A DNA stretch of 63,761 nt, filler included, from Octopus bimaculoides (GCF_001194135.2; 6 parts of 5 records of this genome joined end to end with filler, not necessarily neighbours in it); one strand, 5' to 3'; shown: positions 23,626 to 37,631, counted from the first letter of the whole stretch. Notes: a model not told the origin generated them from the letters alone. A program made the numbers and translations.

Positions 23626-25041
23626 TATATATGTACAGACAGACACACACACGTAAAAATGTGTAAAATTTATGGTCGGTGAAGCATAAACTGTAATATG
23701 GAATCATGAATATTCCATAAAATATTGGCACGGAATAATATTGATTTCTGGCAACGATACAAGACCATACGTGTCGGGTACACGGTTCCAATCGATTTTA
23801 TCGACATCGTTATTTTCTCCGGTATTTATTTCATTTCAATCACCCGTGAAAGGATGAAAGGCGAAAATGACTGTAGTTGGATTCGAAATCAGAATTTAAG
23901 GATAAAGAGCAGTAGCTAATTACCGCAGAGAAGTATATTCGTACCGCTATACAAATTTTGGCAAATCATTGTCTGTTCTTGAATGGACATTAAAAAAGAA
24001 CAGTTTGATTGTCAGGAGATAAAAGAACACTTAATAACACATATCTCCCTCTTCCCTCTCTCTCTCACGCACATGCACACACATACATACATACATACAT
24101 ACATACATACATACATACATACATACGCCCAATCGTCATTATGGTGAAAGGTGACGGCACTGATGGTCTTGATAGAATAGAGAGAAGGAATATACAGTCA
24201 GTGTAGCTAAGTGATAGGTTTGGGCTTCATGATAATTAGGAGAGGTTATAGAGGCTTTGTGTAGTGGGTAAAAGTGAAATAAAATTTGTGCTTACATGTA
24301 AACATTACATTAAAGAACCTATTGAGTAACGAGAGGTTTTGATTATGGAGCTTGGCGAGCGACTTCCTTGAACACACTTTACAAACACTGTAATTAGTAT
24401 TGTACAGGAAGCGGTCTAGTACAAGGTATAAAGAATATCCAGTGACTTGGGGTTGTGTATGTATAGAGCTAGGCAACGCTCCACAACCTTCTTCTCTTGT
24501 GGTACACTTATATTCTTTTCAAAATCCGGCGGCTCACCTAAACTAAAAAGGTAAGTAAAAGTATAAGGAAAAAATTATATTGAGACTACGCTGCGGCACA
24601 CCTAGCATCGTCTCGTGGCACACTAGTGTGTCGCGGCATACCGGTTGTGGAGTACTGGTCAAGAGATTCGATTTGAAAACGAATTTTGTGAGCACGGCTT
24701 GCGTCGCTTGAAAAAATCTGCAGCCAATTCACAAACTAACAACACACAAACCTTATTTTTGTATGTTCGCTTTTATAGTCATCCATGAGATTACAATCGG
24801 AGGAATTAAGAGACCATAAGTTGGGGCCTCCTAATTCCTCCAAAAGAATTATTGTTGGAATAATATCTTAAAATATACGATATCATGCACCGCAACAATA
24901 TTACTTTAGGTATACAGGAAAATGTTAAATCTCCAGTTATGTAGATACCGATTATGGGTGTGTGAGAGAGAGAGAGTGTGTGTATGTGTGTGTGTGTGAC
25001 AGAGAGAGAGGAGGGAGAGAGGAGTAGAGAGAGAGAGAGAG

Positions 25042-25093
<52 letters not shown>

Positions 25094-25391
25094 NNNNNNN
25101 NNNNNNNNNNNNNNNNNNNNNNNNNNNNNNNNNNNNNNNNNNNNNNNNNNNNNNNNNNNNNNNNNNNNNNNNNNNNNNNNNNNNNNNNNNNNNNNNNNNN
25201 NNNNNNNNNNNNNNNNNNNNNNNNNNNNNNNNNNNNNNNNNNNNNNNNNNNNNNNNNNNNNNNNNNNNNNNNNNNNNNNNNNNNNNNNNNNNNNNNNNNN
25301 NNNNNNNNNNNNNNNNNNNNNNNNNNNNNNNNNNNNNNNNNNNNNNNNNNNNNNNNNNNNNNNNNNNNNNNNNNNNNNNNNNNNNNNNNNN

Positions 25392-25423
<32 letters not shown>

Positions 25424-25779
25424 TATACATACATGAAAATTTTTATTAATTATAATCAAGTACTGGCTAATTTCAATTTAAAAGAAATAAATTGCTGCAC
25501 TGCTACTCCGTAGCACTACCGAATAACTATTTGCATGTATACAGATACAAAGTGTACGCAATACATGATGTAGAATTTACTTCTTCTTTGCAATTTTATT
25601 CCTTCATATCTTCAGGTTTCACGCATTTGTATAATCGTTCAGGTGACATAAATATTGAACTCTGTCTCCTGAAGGAAGTCAAAAACGGAAGAAACTCTGA
25701 GTAGCACACGAGTCAATTGATCGGTTTCCAGAGGTCGTGTGTGTGTGTGGTGTTTTATCCTTCACCATCATTGCACTGC

Positions 25780-26050
25780 AGCCATGCGAATATATCGACA
25801 CCAGAGCTTATATTTGTATACCTGGTACTTATCCTACCGGTGTCTTTCACTCAATCGCTAATATATGGAGTAGGAAAAAAAGCCAACACCAGTTGTGAGG
25901 CGTTGAGGCTGAACGAACATCCACATAAATATATAAATACGACAGGCTTCTTTTTGTTTGCCAGATTCCCACAGCACTACAGTAGAAGACACCGCCAGCC
26001 CAAAGTGCCATGCAGTGGGACTGAACCAGAATCCGTGCGGTTGGTACTTC
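25780..26050 (-). mobile_element. Old, degenerate family A SINE
   Basis: CCAAAGTGCCATGCAGTGGGACTGAACC (reverse B box region) and CTGGTACTTATCCTACCGGTGTCTTTCACTCAATCGCTAA. Confidence 0.65.
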
Positions 26051-26459
26051 CACCACAAAGATACAGTGGAGACTCAGAGTAGCACACGAGTGATTAATCG
26101 ACTTCCAAAGAACTCATACACACGTATGTCCATGTGGGGCAGTCGGAGAGAGAGAGGAGAGAGATTTATTTTCATCGGTTATATAGTAATGTAGTTAATT
26201 TTCTGAAATTTTTCAGAAATTTCCTTACATTATAAGAGTTGAATCACGATTAAATAATGACAAGATAAATCTATTTTCTTATGTATTTAATGATCTATTT
26301 TATAGATCTCCATACATGCATTTCGATTTTACTGAAATCACTTTGGTAGCGCGACTTTTTCTTATTTTTTTAATATATTAATATTAAAAGGAAGATTTAA
26401 AGTTGAATTATATGTGTATGGGTTTGTGCATACATATATACTATTTAATTTTATATATA

Positions 26460-26493
<34 letters not shown>

Positions 26494-26759
26494 CATACAT
26501 AATATATATANNNNNNNNNNNNNNNNNNNNNNNNNNNNNNNNNNNNNNNNNNNNNNNNNNNNNNNNNNNNNNNNNNNNNNNNNNNNNNNNNNNNNNNNNN
26601 NNNNNNNNNNNNNNNNNNNNNNNNNNNNNNNNNNNNNNNNNNNNNNNNNNNNNNNNNNNNNNNNNNNNNNNNNNNNNNNNNNNNNNNNNNNNNNNNNNNN
26701 ATATATATATATATATATATATAAGCAATGAAAAGTATGACACTATAAAGAGGAAAAAA

Positions 26760-26900
26760 TCAAACAAACAGTCGTTTAGGTTAACGCTCAGGAAATGCGA
26801 GAAAAAAAGGAAACATCTTTAACGTTTCGCATATTCACTCTTCTTCTGAAAGATAGGATTGACAAGAAGGAAAAAATACTGAGAAGGAAAATGGAGGAAA
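26760..26900 (-). mobile_element. Degenerate copy of the hammerhead-bearing pseudo-LTR-like repeat
   Basis: ACGCTCAGGAAA is shared with 4815. Minus motif CTTT-CAGAAGA-AGAG...GAAA-CGTT-AAAG at 26817-26852. Confidence 0.45.
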
Positions 26901-27400
26901 AGAAACTACGTGTATAGAGAGAAAGGAGAATGAGAGAGAGAGTGGATGGAGAGAGAGGGAAAGAGAGGGAGAGATGGCGTAGAAAAAAAGGCACGAAAAG
27001 CAACGTAACTGATATTTAAATAATGGAATACATTGATTTAAATATCGATGCTGTTTTATCTGCGTTAAACTTTTCTCTATGTATGTATTATAGCCTAATC
27101 GCTACAATGTATGTATATATATATGTATCTATGTATGTACGTACGTATGTATGTATGTATGTATGTATGTATGTATGTGTGTGTGTATGTGTGTATATCT
27201 ATACACATACAGAAGCACTCACACAGATGCGTATACACACAAATGCACAAACATACACGGACAGTTCTACAATATTTTCTTACTGAGCTCTAAAATAACC
27301 GGTTATTTATTGTGCACGTTACAGCTCATTAAAACAGTTTATATGCATACATATATAGATGTAGATATACAAGATAGATAGATAGATCGATAGATAGATC

Positions 27401-27475
<75 letters not shown>

Positions 27476-28559
27476 TGGTTGATAGACAGCCAGACAAATA
27501 GATTGATAGATATACATATANNNNNNNNNNNNNNNNNNNNNNNNNNNNNNNNNNNATATATATATATTTGTAGGGGAATGTACTGAAAATTTCCAGGCTT
27601 TGGGCAAATGAAAATACAGGAGGGTCAGTTAATTATGATATGATAAGGCTGTTTTTATGTTACGTATAAAAATTATAATAATAAAAGTCAGGCTTCATTC
27701 AACTCACAAGACCTTGGTCACCCGGATCATAGTAGAAGGTGCGTTTGCCCCAGTTACCACGCCGGGCGACTGAAACCGGGATTATCTAATTAAGAAGGAA
27801 ATTTCTTACCGCAAAGCCACGCCTATATTGATTTTTATATAACTGAAATAAATGTAAAAACCACAAGACTAGTATACTTAACGTTATCTGAACTTCAACC
27901 TCTAAATAAACCACGATATGAGATTTAAATAAGATATTGATATGTTAACTATAAATTCATGAATATGGCTAATGAGAAATATTAATTAACAGATATGATT
28001 TTGTAGGTAGTCATTCTATGCAAATGTTTATCCATATGCAATGTTAGTAATTAAGTTTCTGTATATTTCACTCTTTTCGCAAACTATATGTATTTTTCCT
28101 CAGTCTTTTATGAGTTCCAGTAACCGCTGACATCTTTCGGTATTCCTCGAATATATACACACAGTCATAAATACTAAGGAGCATAGATACATGCACGCAC
28201 ACACACACACATACACACACATACATACACATGCACACACACACACACGCACGCACGCATGCGCACACACATACTAATATACATACATACATACGGACAT
28301 ATATACGTACATACATACAACAATGCATGCATACATACAAAAATATACATAATCACGGCTATCTGGATATACAGAGTTTTCAAATTGATTTAATTTACAC
28401 TAGTTTAAATTAATTACGTTTTTTAATTACATGATTATTGTAATTAATTTTGTTTATTGCTATGAAACAGCTGTTGAGAGCAATTAAACCGTGATCTAAA
28501 TATGAAGTTTATGCTTCTTTTTTTTTACTTATAATCTTAATACATAAATATATGGCTAT

Positions 28560-28730
28560 TGGCGCTGGCGTGTCTGTGTAATAAAAAGCTTGCTTCCCAA
28601 TCACATAGATCCGGGTTCAGTTCCGCTATGGGACACATTGTTCAAGTTACTTCTACTATAGCCCCAAACCAACTAAAATGTTGTAAATGAATCTGTTTCA
28701 CGGAAACGGAAAGAGACCATAGTATGCTAC
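28560..28730 (+). mobile_element. Degenerate family A SINE head
   Basis: GGCGCTGGCGTGTCTGTGTAATAAAAAGCTTGCTTCCCAATCACATAGATCCGGGTTCAGTTCCGC...TTCTACTATAGCCCC. Confidence 0.7.
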
Positions 28731-29566
28731 TAGCACCGAATGATTCAGAGCTCCCTCTAGATTATCATTATCCGGTCGGTTTCCAGTATAGCTGTTAGTC
28801 TACCACTCACTGTCCTTAGTAGTGTTACTAGTTTTTAGATACAGAGCAGTACATAGGGGAATATTAAGATGGGCGCAAGTATTAATTAAATATGAGAAGG
28901 AATTATATAAATTACTAGTTCTTATGTATGTTTTACTGTTTTAATTATTTGAACTTCTGCACTGGATGTTACAAATGCATGTAGATGCTTAACTGCAATG
29001 GATTATCAGCGCAGCACTTTATATACAGAGATCTAATCTAAGCTCTCTAGGAACAAAATGCAAGAAAGTGGCCCCCTGATGGTCTAGAATGCAAGAAAAC
29101 GGTCCCTTTATGCAGTTAGGTATTCAAATGCATGCGGAACATCCAGTGATGTGTTCTAACTAACTGCAATATTGAAACGTATGTAGAAAATAATTTATAT
29201 TTGTGTTTGTCTTAATTTGCCACCTGTGCTAAAACTTGGTCCCTCACCAAAACGCTTGAAGAGCAAATACACTGCTGCTATACAATAATGTTAAGAATGG
29301 TTCTGAATGTTATATGGAGAGTTCATTTAACCAACGAGCAGCTTTATCAAGACATATCCAAGGTGAGTGGGAAGATTTAGCGGAGAAGAACGAGAATTGC
29401 TGGTCATTGTATATATGTATGTATGTATGTACGTATGTATGTATGTATGCATGTATACGCATGTATGTATGTAGGTAAGTATGTGTGTGCGTGTGTAGAT
29501 ATATACATTTATAGACACATATATGTGTATGTATAAATATATACACACACACACACATATGTACAT

Positions 29567-29598
<32 letters not shown>

Positions 29599-29869
29599 TT
29601 GTTTGCAAGTCTATTTGTATTTCTTCGTATATTACCTGGATGTTAATTCGTAGATTTATTTATTTATCCATTCGAGCTATTTATCTCGTTTGCTAAGTGC
29701 ATTTATTACAATTCAGAACACCTGTTTCTTTTCATTTATGCATTTTTTAAAATTCTTTTATTCTTCATTAATTTTCTTGAATTTATGTACCTGCACGCGC
29801 GTGTACGGAGAAAAATGTCGCTTAAGACAACATGACAAATTCTTAGAATATTCTTAACATGATGTTTCA

Positions 29870-30300
29870 CACCTTAAGGCAGCGAGCTGGCAAAATCGTT
29901 AGCACACCGGGCGAAATGTTTAGCGATATTTCATCTATCTTCAGATGAGTTCAAATTCTGCCGTGGTCGACTTTGCCTTTCATCCTTTCGGAGTCGATAA
30001 ATCAAGTATCAGCTACGTACGTTGGCCGATCTGATCGACTAGGCCCCCTCCCATCGAAATTTCAGGCCTTGAGGAATATTATGTACTATCAAGGCGGAGA
30101 GATGGCAGAAATGTTATCACCCCAGGCGAAATGTTTAGCGATATTTCGTCTGTTTTTGCGCTCTGAGTTCAAATTCCGCCGATGCCAACTTTGCCTTTCT
30201 TCCTTTTGGGGTCAATAAATTAAGTACCAGTTGCAAACTGGGGTCGATCTAATCGACTGGACTCCTCCCAAAAAGTTTCAGGCCTCATTCCTAGAGTAGA
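29870..30300 (+). mobile_element. Two tandem family B SINEs
   Basis: GGCAGCGAGCTGGCAAAATCGTTAGCACACCGGGCGAAATG... and GGCGGAGAGATGGCAGAAATGTTATCACCCCAGGCGAAATG..., each with a GAGTTCAAATTC B box. Confidence 0.88.
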
Positions 30301-30518
30301 AAACAACTTGTATCAAACCTGTACTTTGCTCCGGGTTCTGTAAAGTAAAGCGAATGAAAAATTCATCTTCTATTTTCCTTTTTCCTGAATACGATAGCAA
30401 TATTCTATTCAATAAATTCCTTATATATTTCGCATATATTTCTCAGATAATTCTCACATATTTATCACATACTGCTCATCTTTTCCGGTGAGATAATATA
30501 AGATATCCATGAACTCAC

Positions 30519-30541
30519 GCCTAAGGCATAAAGTATATGAA
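30519..30541 (-). other. Candidate 23-nt microexon
   Basis: TTCTTTCGCATTGCAG | TTCATATACTTTATGCCTTAGGC | GTGAGT; open as (x)HILYALG or SYTLCLR. Confidence 0.3.
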
Positions 30542-31604
30542 CTGCAATGCGAAAGAACGAACTCAAGAATGCACATAGCAATCTCTACTCTCTCCTCTCT
30601 CTCTCTCTCTCCCAACCTCTCTCTCTCTCCCAACCTCTCTCTCTCCCTCTCTCTCTCTCTNNNNNNNNNNNNNNNNNNNNNNNNNNNNNNNNNNNNNNNN
30701 NNNNNNNNNNNNCACACACACACACATCAAGGATTGAACAGACGGAACACAACAAGGAGAAAATGTTAGACGTAAGTAGAGCAAACGGGAAACAAAACGA
30801 AAACTTAACGGAAGAGGAATATAGAAAAAGACTCGGTAAACGGAATATTCGCAGCTGAGCTTTCCTCCTCAGTCAATGAACAATATATATATATATATAG
30901 TGTGTACGCGTGAATGTATGTTATACATACATGTACAGAGAGTGAGAGAGAGAGAGAGAAAGAGAGCAAGACTCGCACACGCACAAAACCGCATTCGCAC
31001 TCACAAACATCTATAGACAAACAAGTATATTATCTCCTTTCGTTTCGTCCGTGCTTACTTATTTGACAGATTTACAGTACCCCAGCAAATGCTAGGTCAA
31101 ATAAATAAATAAATAGAATGGAAGAAAGAAAGAAGGAAAGAAAGAAAGAAAAGCCCTCGTGGAAGATGTTTTACCAGAGAAGAAACTAAGCTGCATAGTA
31201 AATAGTAAGTTTTACGATCTGCTAACGTAATAGTTAATCGGTGAACCTTCACCGGTGTGTCAAGACGTACAGATAGCAGACTTTGAACTTGGAAATTGAA
31301 TAAAGAAATGCACAAGAAATGAAAGGGTGTGTTAGTAGCTGTATATGTGTGTGTGTATGTGTGTGTGTGTGTGTTTGTGTGTGTGTGTATTGATGTATAT
31401 ACGTATGTATGTACGATTGTGAATAATATTTCTGTTCAATTCATTTATTGATTATGTAGATGTGAATGAGTGTGCTTGCAAATATATAAATACATACGTG
31501 TGTGTATATGTATATGTGTGTGTGCGTGTATGTGTGTGTGTGTGTTTGTGTGTGTGATGTACATGACGTATACGTATAAATCATATATATCTTTTATTTT
31601 TATC

Positions 31605-31995
31605 TTTTACTTCATTAGAATGCGGCCATGCTAGGGCACCACCTCCAAGAATGTTTAACCGACTGTATCGACCTCGATACTTATTTTTTAGAGCTTAGTA
31701 CTTATGCTTTCGGCTTCTTACGGGGGCGAAAACACACCAACACCGATTGTCAAGTGGTGCGGCGTGAGGCAAACACAGACGCGCGCGCGCACATACACAC
31801 ACAAACACACACATACGCTCACACATATATATGTGACGGGCTTCCTTCAATTTCTGTCTACCAAATCCACTCACAAGTATTTGGTCGGCCCTGAGACTAC
31901 AGCTGAAGACTTGTCCAAGGTGCTACACAGTGGGACTGAACCCAGAACCATGTATTTAAGAAGCAAACTTCTTACCAGTCAACCACGCCTATGCA
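31605..31995 (-). mobile_element. Family A SINE, near full length, with internal (CA)n
   Basis: Tail GCGGCCATGCTAGGGCACCACC, body, internal microsatellite, head ...GGGACTGAACCCAGAACCATGT...CTTCTTACCAGTCAACCACGCCTA. Confidence 0.88.
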
Positions 31996-32427
31996 GATAT
32001 ATGCATATACGCTATATATATTATATATACAGAAATATTTTACATATTCATATCTATCTATCTATCTATATATATATATATATATATAATATGCATATAT
32101 CCATACATACATGTACATACCCACATATATATGTATATATACATGCATATATGGTACATACTACTACTACTACTGCTACTGTTGCTGCTGCTACTGCTAA
32201 TACTACCATTACTACTACTACTACTACTGCTGCTGCTACTACTACTACTACTACTACNNNNNNNNNNATATATATATATAATATGCATATATCCATACAT
32301 ACATGTACATACCCACATATATATGTATATATACATGCATATATGGTACATACTACTACTACTACTGCTACTGTTGCTGCTGCTACTGCTAATACTACCA
32401 TTACTACTACTACTACTGCTGCTGCTG

Positions 32428-32483
<56 letters not shown>

Positions 32484-32694
32484 GCATCATTGTAGTATGA
32501 GCTAAGCACGAGAATCAGTGTTAACTTGAACTGCAAAAAATAACAACCAAATCCCTTCTCCTCTCTCTCTCTCTCTTTCTCCCTTTCACCTCTCTCCCCC
32601 TCTGCCTTTCACTTCTCTCTCTCTCTCTCTGTCTCTCTAATCTTACTCTGCCATCTCAGAAACAACAGCAAACAATAGCAAACAACAAAAACAA

Positions 32695-32727
<33 letters not shown>

Positions 32728-33122
32728 GGCGAATACGTTTGATAATGTCGCCACAGATATTTCGCATTTAAATAAACATAAATGACGATTTGATAACGGA
32801 ATACACTATCGTTTATTTCTATTATCTTGAGTCTGTTTCATCCGAACTAACCTTGGCCTAAACTACAGCAAGATTACTTGGAAAAAAAGGAGCGCACCCA
32901 TAAGGGTATCAGTAACTATAGTTAAGGGGTTAGAGAGACGCGAACTAGAGGAACCTGTTTAATATAGAGTCTAATTGAGGGCAATTAGCGCTGAACCGTT
33001 TCTTTTTTATTACAGTTTCCTATCTTTATTGGGTGTGACTCTGTCTGTTCAATTATGTATGTATGTATGTATGTATGTATGTATGTATGTATGTGTGTAT
33101 GTATATATAAATTTGTGTGCGA

Positions 33123-33174
<52 letters not shown>

Positions 33175-33379
33175 CAATCTATATATATACATATACATAT
33201 ACATAAAATATATACATATATATATATGTTTTATGTATATGTATATATATATATATATATATATTCCTTCATGTGTGTATATGTAACTTATATATACACA
33301 TATTTAAGCACATGTACGCACATATATATATGCATATACGGAAACTGAAAGAAGGTTGTCATATATACATATATGCATG

Positions 33380-33590
33380 TATTTGTGTGTCTGTGTTTGA
33401 ATCGCTTGGCAACAGATGTTAGTGTGTTTGCATCCCTGTAACTTAGCGGTTCGGCAAAAGAGACCGATAGAATAAGCACTAGACTTACAAAGAAAATATC
33501 CTGGGGTCGATTTGTGCGACTAAAGGCGGTGCTCCAGCAAGCCGCAGTCATATGTCTGAAGCAAGTAAAAGATTAAAGAGTAAAAGAGTG
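33380..33590 (+). mobile_element. Family A SINE 3' half
   Basis: CCCTGTAACTTAGCGGTTCGGCAAAAGAGACCGATAGAATAAGCACTAG...GGCGGTGCTCCAGCAAGCCGCAGTCATATGTCTGAAGCAAGTAAAAG. Confidence 0.88.
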
Positions 33591-33640
<50 letters not shown>

Positions 33641-34489
33641 TATATTTATATACATACATAATACATGTGTGTGTGTATGTGTTATTGAATCGGTGATTAT
33701 AGCTGCCCAGGAAGAAAACATTAGAAAGAACTTGTTAAACGGAACGATTGTTAAGACTTAGTAAGAGAGCTAACGCAGAACCTGTGGAAAATAATGCGAA
33801 AATTACTCCAAAGTGAATGTAATAAGCTAGCGCTAAAAGTATAACTACAAACATGACAGTGTTGTTGAAAGCGTGCACTGGGGTATTAGCGAAATTTGTT
33901 GATTCGAAGCGATAGAAAAGTAGTATAAACAAGCAGCAGAGGCTCTCGTGTTGGATAATAATAACTGGAATTTATAGAATTTCTCCACAGAGAATTATCA
34001 TACAATTGATGTAAAGGAGCCCTATATAATCATTAAGAACATAGAAGAAGAAAAATTGATTAAAAAAAAAACGGGAATACATACCTTGTGATAATAGATG
34101 AATTTGAAAGAAATGAAGAAATATTGAGAAATATCAGGATTTATCCTTAGAGATGGAGAGATTACGAAACACAAAGGTGAGAATTGTTCTTCTGATAATT
34201 GGTGCTCTTGGCACAACACCCTCACTGCTACATAAGAGGTTGAAGGTTACTGAAACTAAGACACGTATTGTCGACTAGCAGAGAACTGACATTTTTTTTG
34301 TTTTTGTTTTTGTTTTAAAAATTCTAAAAATGATTCATGAAATCTGAGGAGACATCTTCACACCAAGTCTGAAGATAACATTTAAAAGCTAACTAAATTA
34401 GCATTTAATAGTTTAACAATAATAATAATGATAAGAAGAAGAAGAACAAGAAGAAGAAGAAGAACAACAACAACAACAATGTTGGCACG

Positions 34490-34685
34490 AGGCCAGCAGT
34501 TTCGGGGAGGGGACAAATCGACTACATCAACCCCACTGTTCAACTAATACTTCTTTTATCGACCCCGAAAGGATAAAAGGTAGAGTGGACCTCGACATGA
34601 ATCTGAACTCAGTACGTAGAGATGGATGAAGTGCCGTTAAGCATTTTGTCCGGCGTGCTAACGATTCTGCCAGTTCGCCGCCGCC
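34490..34685 (-). mobile_element. Family B SINE
   Basis: TTTTATCGACCCCGAAAGGATAAAAGG...GGCGTGCTAACGATTCTGCCAGTTCGCCGCC. Confidence 0.85.
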
Positions 34686-35199
34686 GATGACAACGTCAAC
34701 AACAAGAACAACAACAGCAATATTAATAATAGAAAGGCTAGCAATGTACAACGTGTCTTTCCTTTGAAAACAAAATATATACTGTGATGTGATACGAGAG
34801 CCAGATCTGCTTGGTTCTCAAACTGGATGAACGAATATATTAGAAACATTCTCAAGTTTTGATGTTCGCTACTGACGAACGGAATATTCGAGGTAGGTTT
34901 GGCTGTGGTATTGAGTCGGTAGAATTTTACTCATTCGTCTTCGAGAGACAAAGGAAGCTTCTACGTAATCGGCCACTTTGCTGGAAATAGCAGCTTAATC
35001 TCCCAAAATTCATACTCTGCTCTCTTAAAAATTTAGACACGCTCACCCAATACTGTTCTGGATATGCATAAAGACGGGACGGCATACACCAAGACGGGAG
35101 AGTATATATAAAGCCGGTGTACATAAAGCTGGTATGCAGAAAGATGATCACAACTAGAACACCTTTGTTGGTCTAACCGCATACGTACTGTTGGTGATA

Positions 35200-35340
35200 A
35201 TTTCCCTTCTCTGGACTTCTCCGCTTTCTTTCTTGACGAAGAGTTACGCTCGAAACATCAAAGACCCTCTCTTCTTTCCACCTTTACCGAACGCCAAGCT
35301 AGTATATTGCACGTGCATGTTCTCGTGTTTTGCTATTGTT
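35200..35340 (+). mobile_element. Pseudo-LTR-like repeat with hammerhead-like motif (35228-35263)
   Basis: CTTT-CTTGACGA-A-GAG TTACG CTC-GAAA-CATC-AAAG followed by a pyrimidine tract, the same layout as 4775-4940. Confidence 0.5.
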
Positions 35341-37257
35341 TTTTCTTTTTTATATTCGATTATTCGATCTGACTATACTTCAACGAAGTTGATCTATGAT
35401 TAAAGAACACTCGCAAAACTAAGGAGCTTTTATATCAGGCATGGGCAACGGGTTTTGAGAAGCGAGTTGCATGAAACGTAGTTCATCACCAACTGGACAG
35501 CACTTCTGAAACAATCCAAGGTAATTTTCCTTGGCTTGCTCTTCAGAGGGTCCAGAACCCACATGCGGTTCGCCGGTCATGATTTACCTAAGACTACTTT
35601 ACAAGATCCCTACCATAGGTTAGAAACAGCAGCCAAATATCCCTCACATTTTGTTCTTATTGAGCATATCGGACAATATAGGCACTGATATACAAGAAAA
35701 ACTGAATTGATCATTGTTGGGTCGGCTTTGATCGTTAGGCTGCTTCACTAGGCCTGGTCTGGGAGTAAATAACGACAATGACTGACTCGTTGTTAGGGGT
35801 TCTTATAGAGTGAGGTAAAGGTAACTGGAGACTGAGTGATCTTGACCCAAGTTGACACAAAACATGTGTCGGGCGTTTGAGAGTTGAACTCACGTGTCGA
35901 GGATATTTGATCCACTCGGATAGAAAAGTGGAGAGTGATTTATGGTTGTCATCGTAATGATGATGACGATGTCGACGACAGCGACGGCGGCGGCGGTGAC
36001 AACGATGATGATGATAAAGGATAATGTTGTTGCTGTTGATGGTAGTGTTGATGGTGATGGTGGTGGTGGTGAGGATGATGATGATGAGGAGGAGAATGTT
36101 GAATAATATTGATGATGATGACGACGATGACGACAACCACGACGACGATGACGACGACGGCGATGATGATGATGTTTTTGAGGTAATGGAGGTGTTCTGA
36201 TGATGTTTGTAGTGATGATGGTGATTGCTGATAAGGACAGTAGTGATGGTCATGGTAGTGTTGGCGGGGATGGTGGTGCTATTGGCAATGATAGTGGCGT
36301 GTGGTAGTAGCGGTAGTGGTGATTTGTGGTGGTGGTGATGGTAGTGGTAGTGGTGATGGTGACGGCGTTGACGATATTAAAGATATTCCTTTGTAATTTA
36401 ACCCAAGCTCTGCACTGAGCAAAGAGAACAGTTGCAAACAGACCTGTAGTCAACGGACACTCCAGCCATGACGATTTCATCTATTCTTCCTAAATAGTGT
36501 ACCTCTCTTGTGGTGGTGGTGGTGGTGGTGGTAACGGTAGTATTGGTGGTAGTAGTGGTGGACAGGATGGAGGTAGTTGAGATAATAGCAATCGCGGTCG
36601 TAGGGTGTGCGTAGTAGCGTTGGTGGAGGTTGCATNNNNNNNNNNNNNNNNNNNNNNNNNNNNNNNNNNNNNNNNNNNNNNNNNNNNNNNNNNNNNNNNN
36701 NNNNNNNNNNNNNNNNNNNNNNNNNNNNNNNNNNNNNNNNNNNNNNNNNNNNNNNNNNNNNNNNNNNNNNNNNNNNNNNNNNNNNNNNNNNNNNNNNNNN
36801 NNNNNNNNNNNNNNNNNNNNNNNNNNNNNNNNNNNNNNNNNNNNNNNNNNNNNNNNNNNNNNNNNNNNNNNNNNNNNNNNNNNNNNNNNNNNNNNNNNNN
36901 NNNNNNNNNNNNNNNNNNNNNNNNNNNNNNNNNNNNNNNNNNNNNNNNNNNNNNNNNNNNNNNNNNNNNNNNNNNNNNNNNNNNNNNNNNNNNNNNNNNN
37001 NNNNNNNNNNNNNNNNNNNNNNNNNNNNNNNNNNNNNNNNNNNNNNNNNNNNNNNNNNNNNNNNNNNNNNNNNNNNNNNNNNNNNNNNNNNNNNNNNNNN
37101 NNNNNNNNNNNNNNNNNNNNNNNNNNNNNNNNNNNNNNNNNNNNNNNNNNNNNNNNNNNNNNNNNNNNNNNNNNNNNNNNNAAGATGAAAGGCTAAAAAA
37201 AGTTGAAAAAAATGGAGATAAGAAAGACAAAACAAAAAAAATAATAACAACAACAAC

Positions 37258-37342
<85 letters not shown>

Positions 37343-37455
37343 GTAATAATAATGGCAACAACAGCAAGAACAAGAATAATGATAACAATAATGATAAATT
37401 ATAAGCTTATAAACAAAACGATTATTTAAATAAAGAAAGCCGTTTTGTTTTTCAG

Positions 37456-37460
37456 TGAAG
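37456..37460 (+). other. Candidate 5-nt microexon (TGAAG)
   Basis: CGTTTTGTTTTTCAG | TGAAG | GTGAGT: near-consensus acceptor and donor 5 nt apart. Confidence 0.3.
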
Positions 37461-37631
37461 GTGAGTGGTCACGTGCGCTTACTTCATTATGATAATATAC
37501 TTTGGCACTTTTAAAGAAAACAAGCGCCGCCGCAACAATTTCTAACACTGCGGCGGCGCGGGTGAGTGTGGGCTGGCGGTGGGTTGGAGGGAGAGCACCA
37601 ACGCAGCAGCAGCAGAATTAGTAGTAGTAGC

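Noticed and set aside
32060-32480. Apparent ~200-bp exact tandem duplication
   Set aside because: The two copies sit on either side of a 10-N gap; most likely an unmerged contig overlap.
33735-33932. Hydrophobic ORF resembling a membrane protein
   Set aside because: TTG start, T-rich intron-like composition, and an internal strong acceptor followed by stops in all frames.
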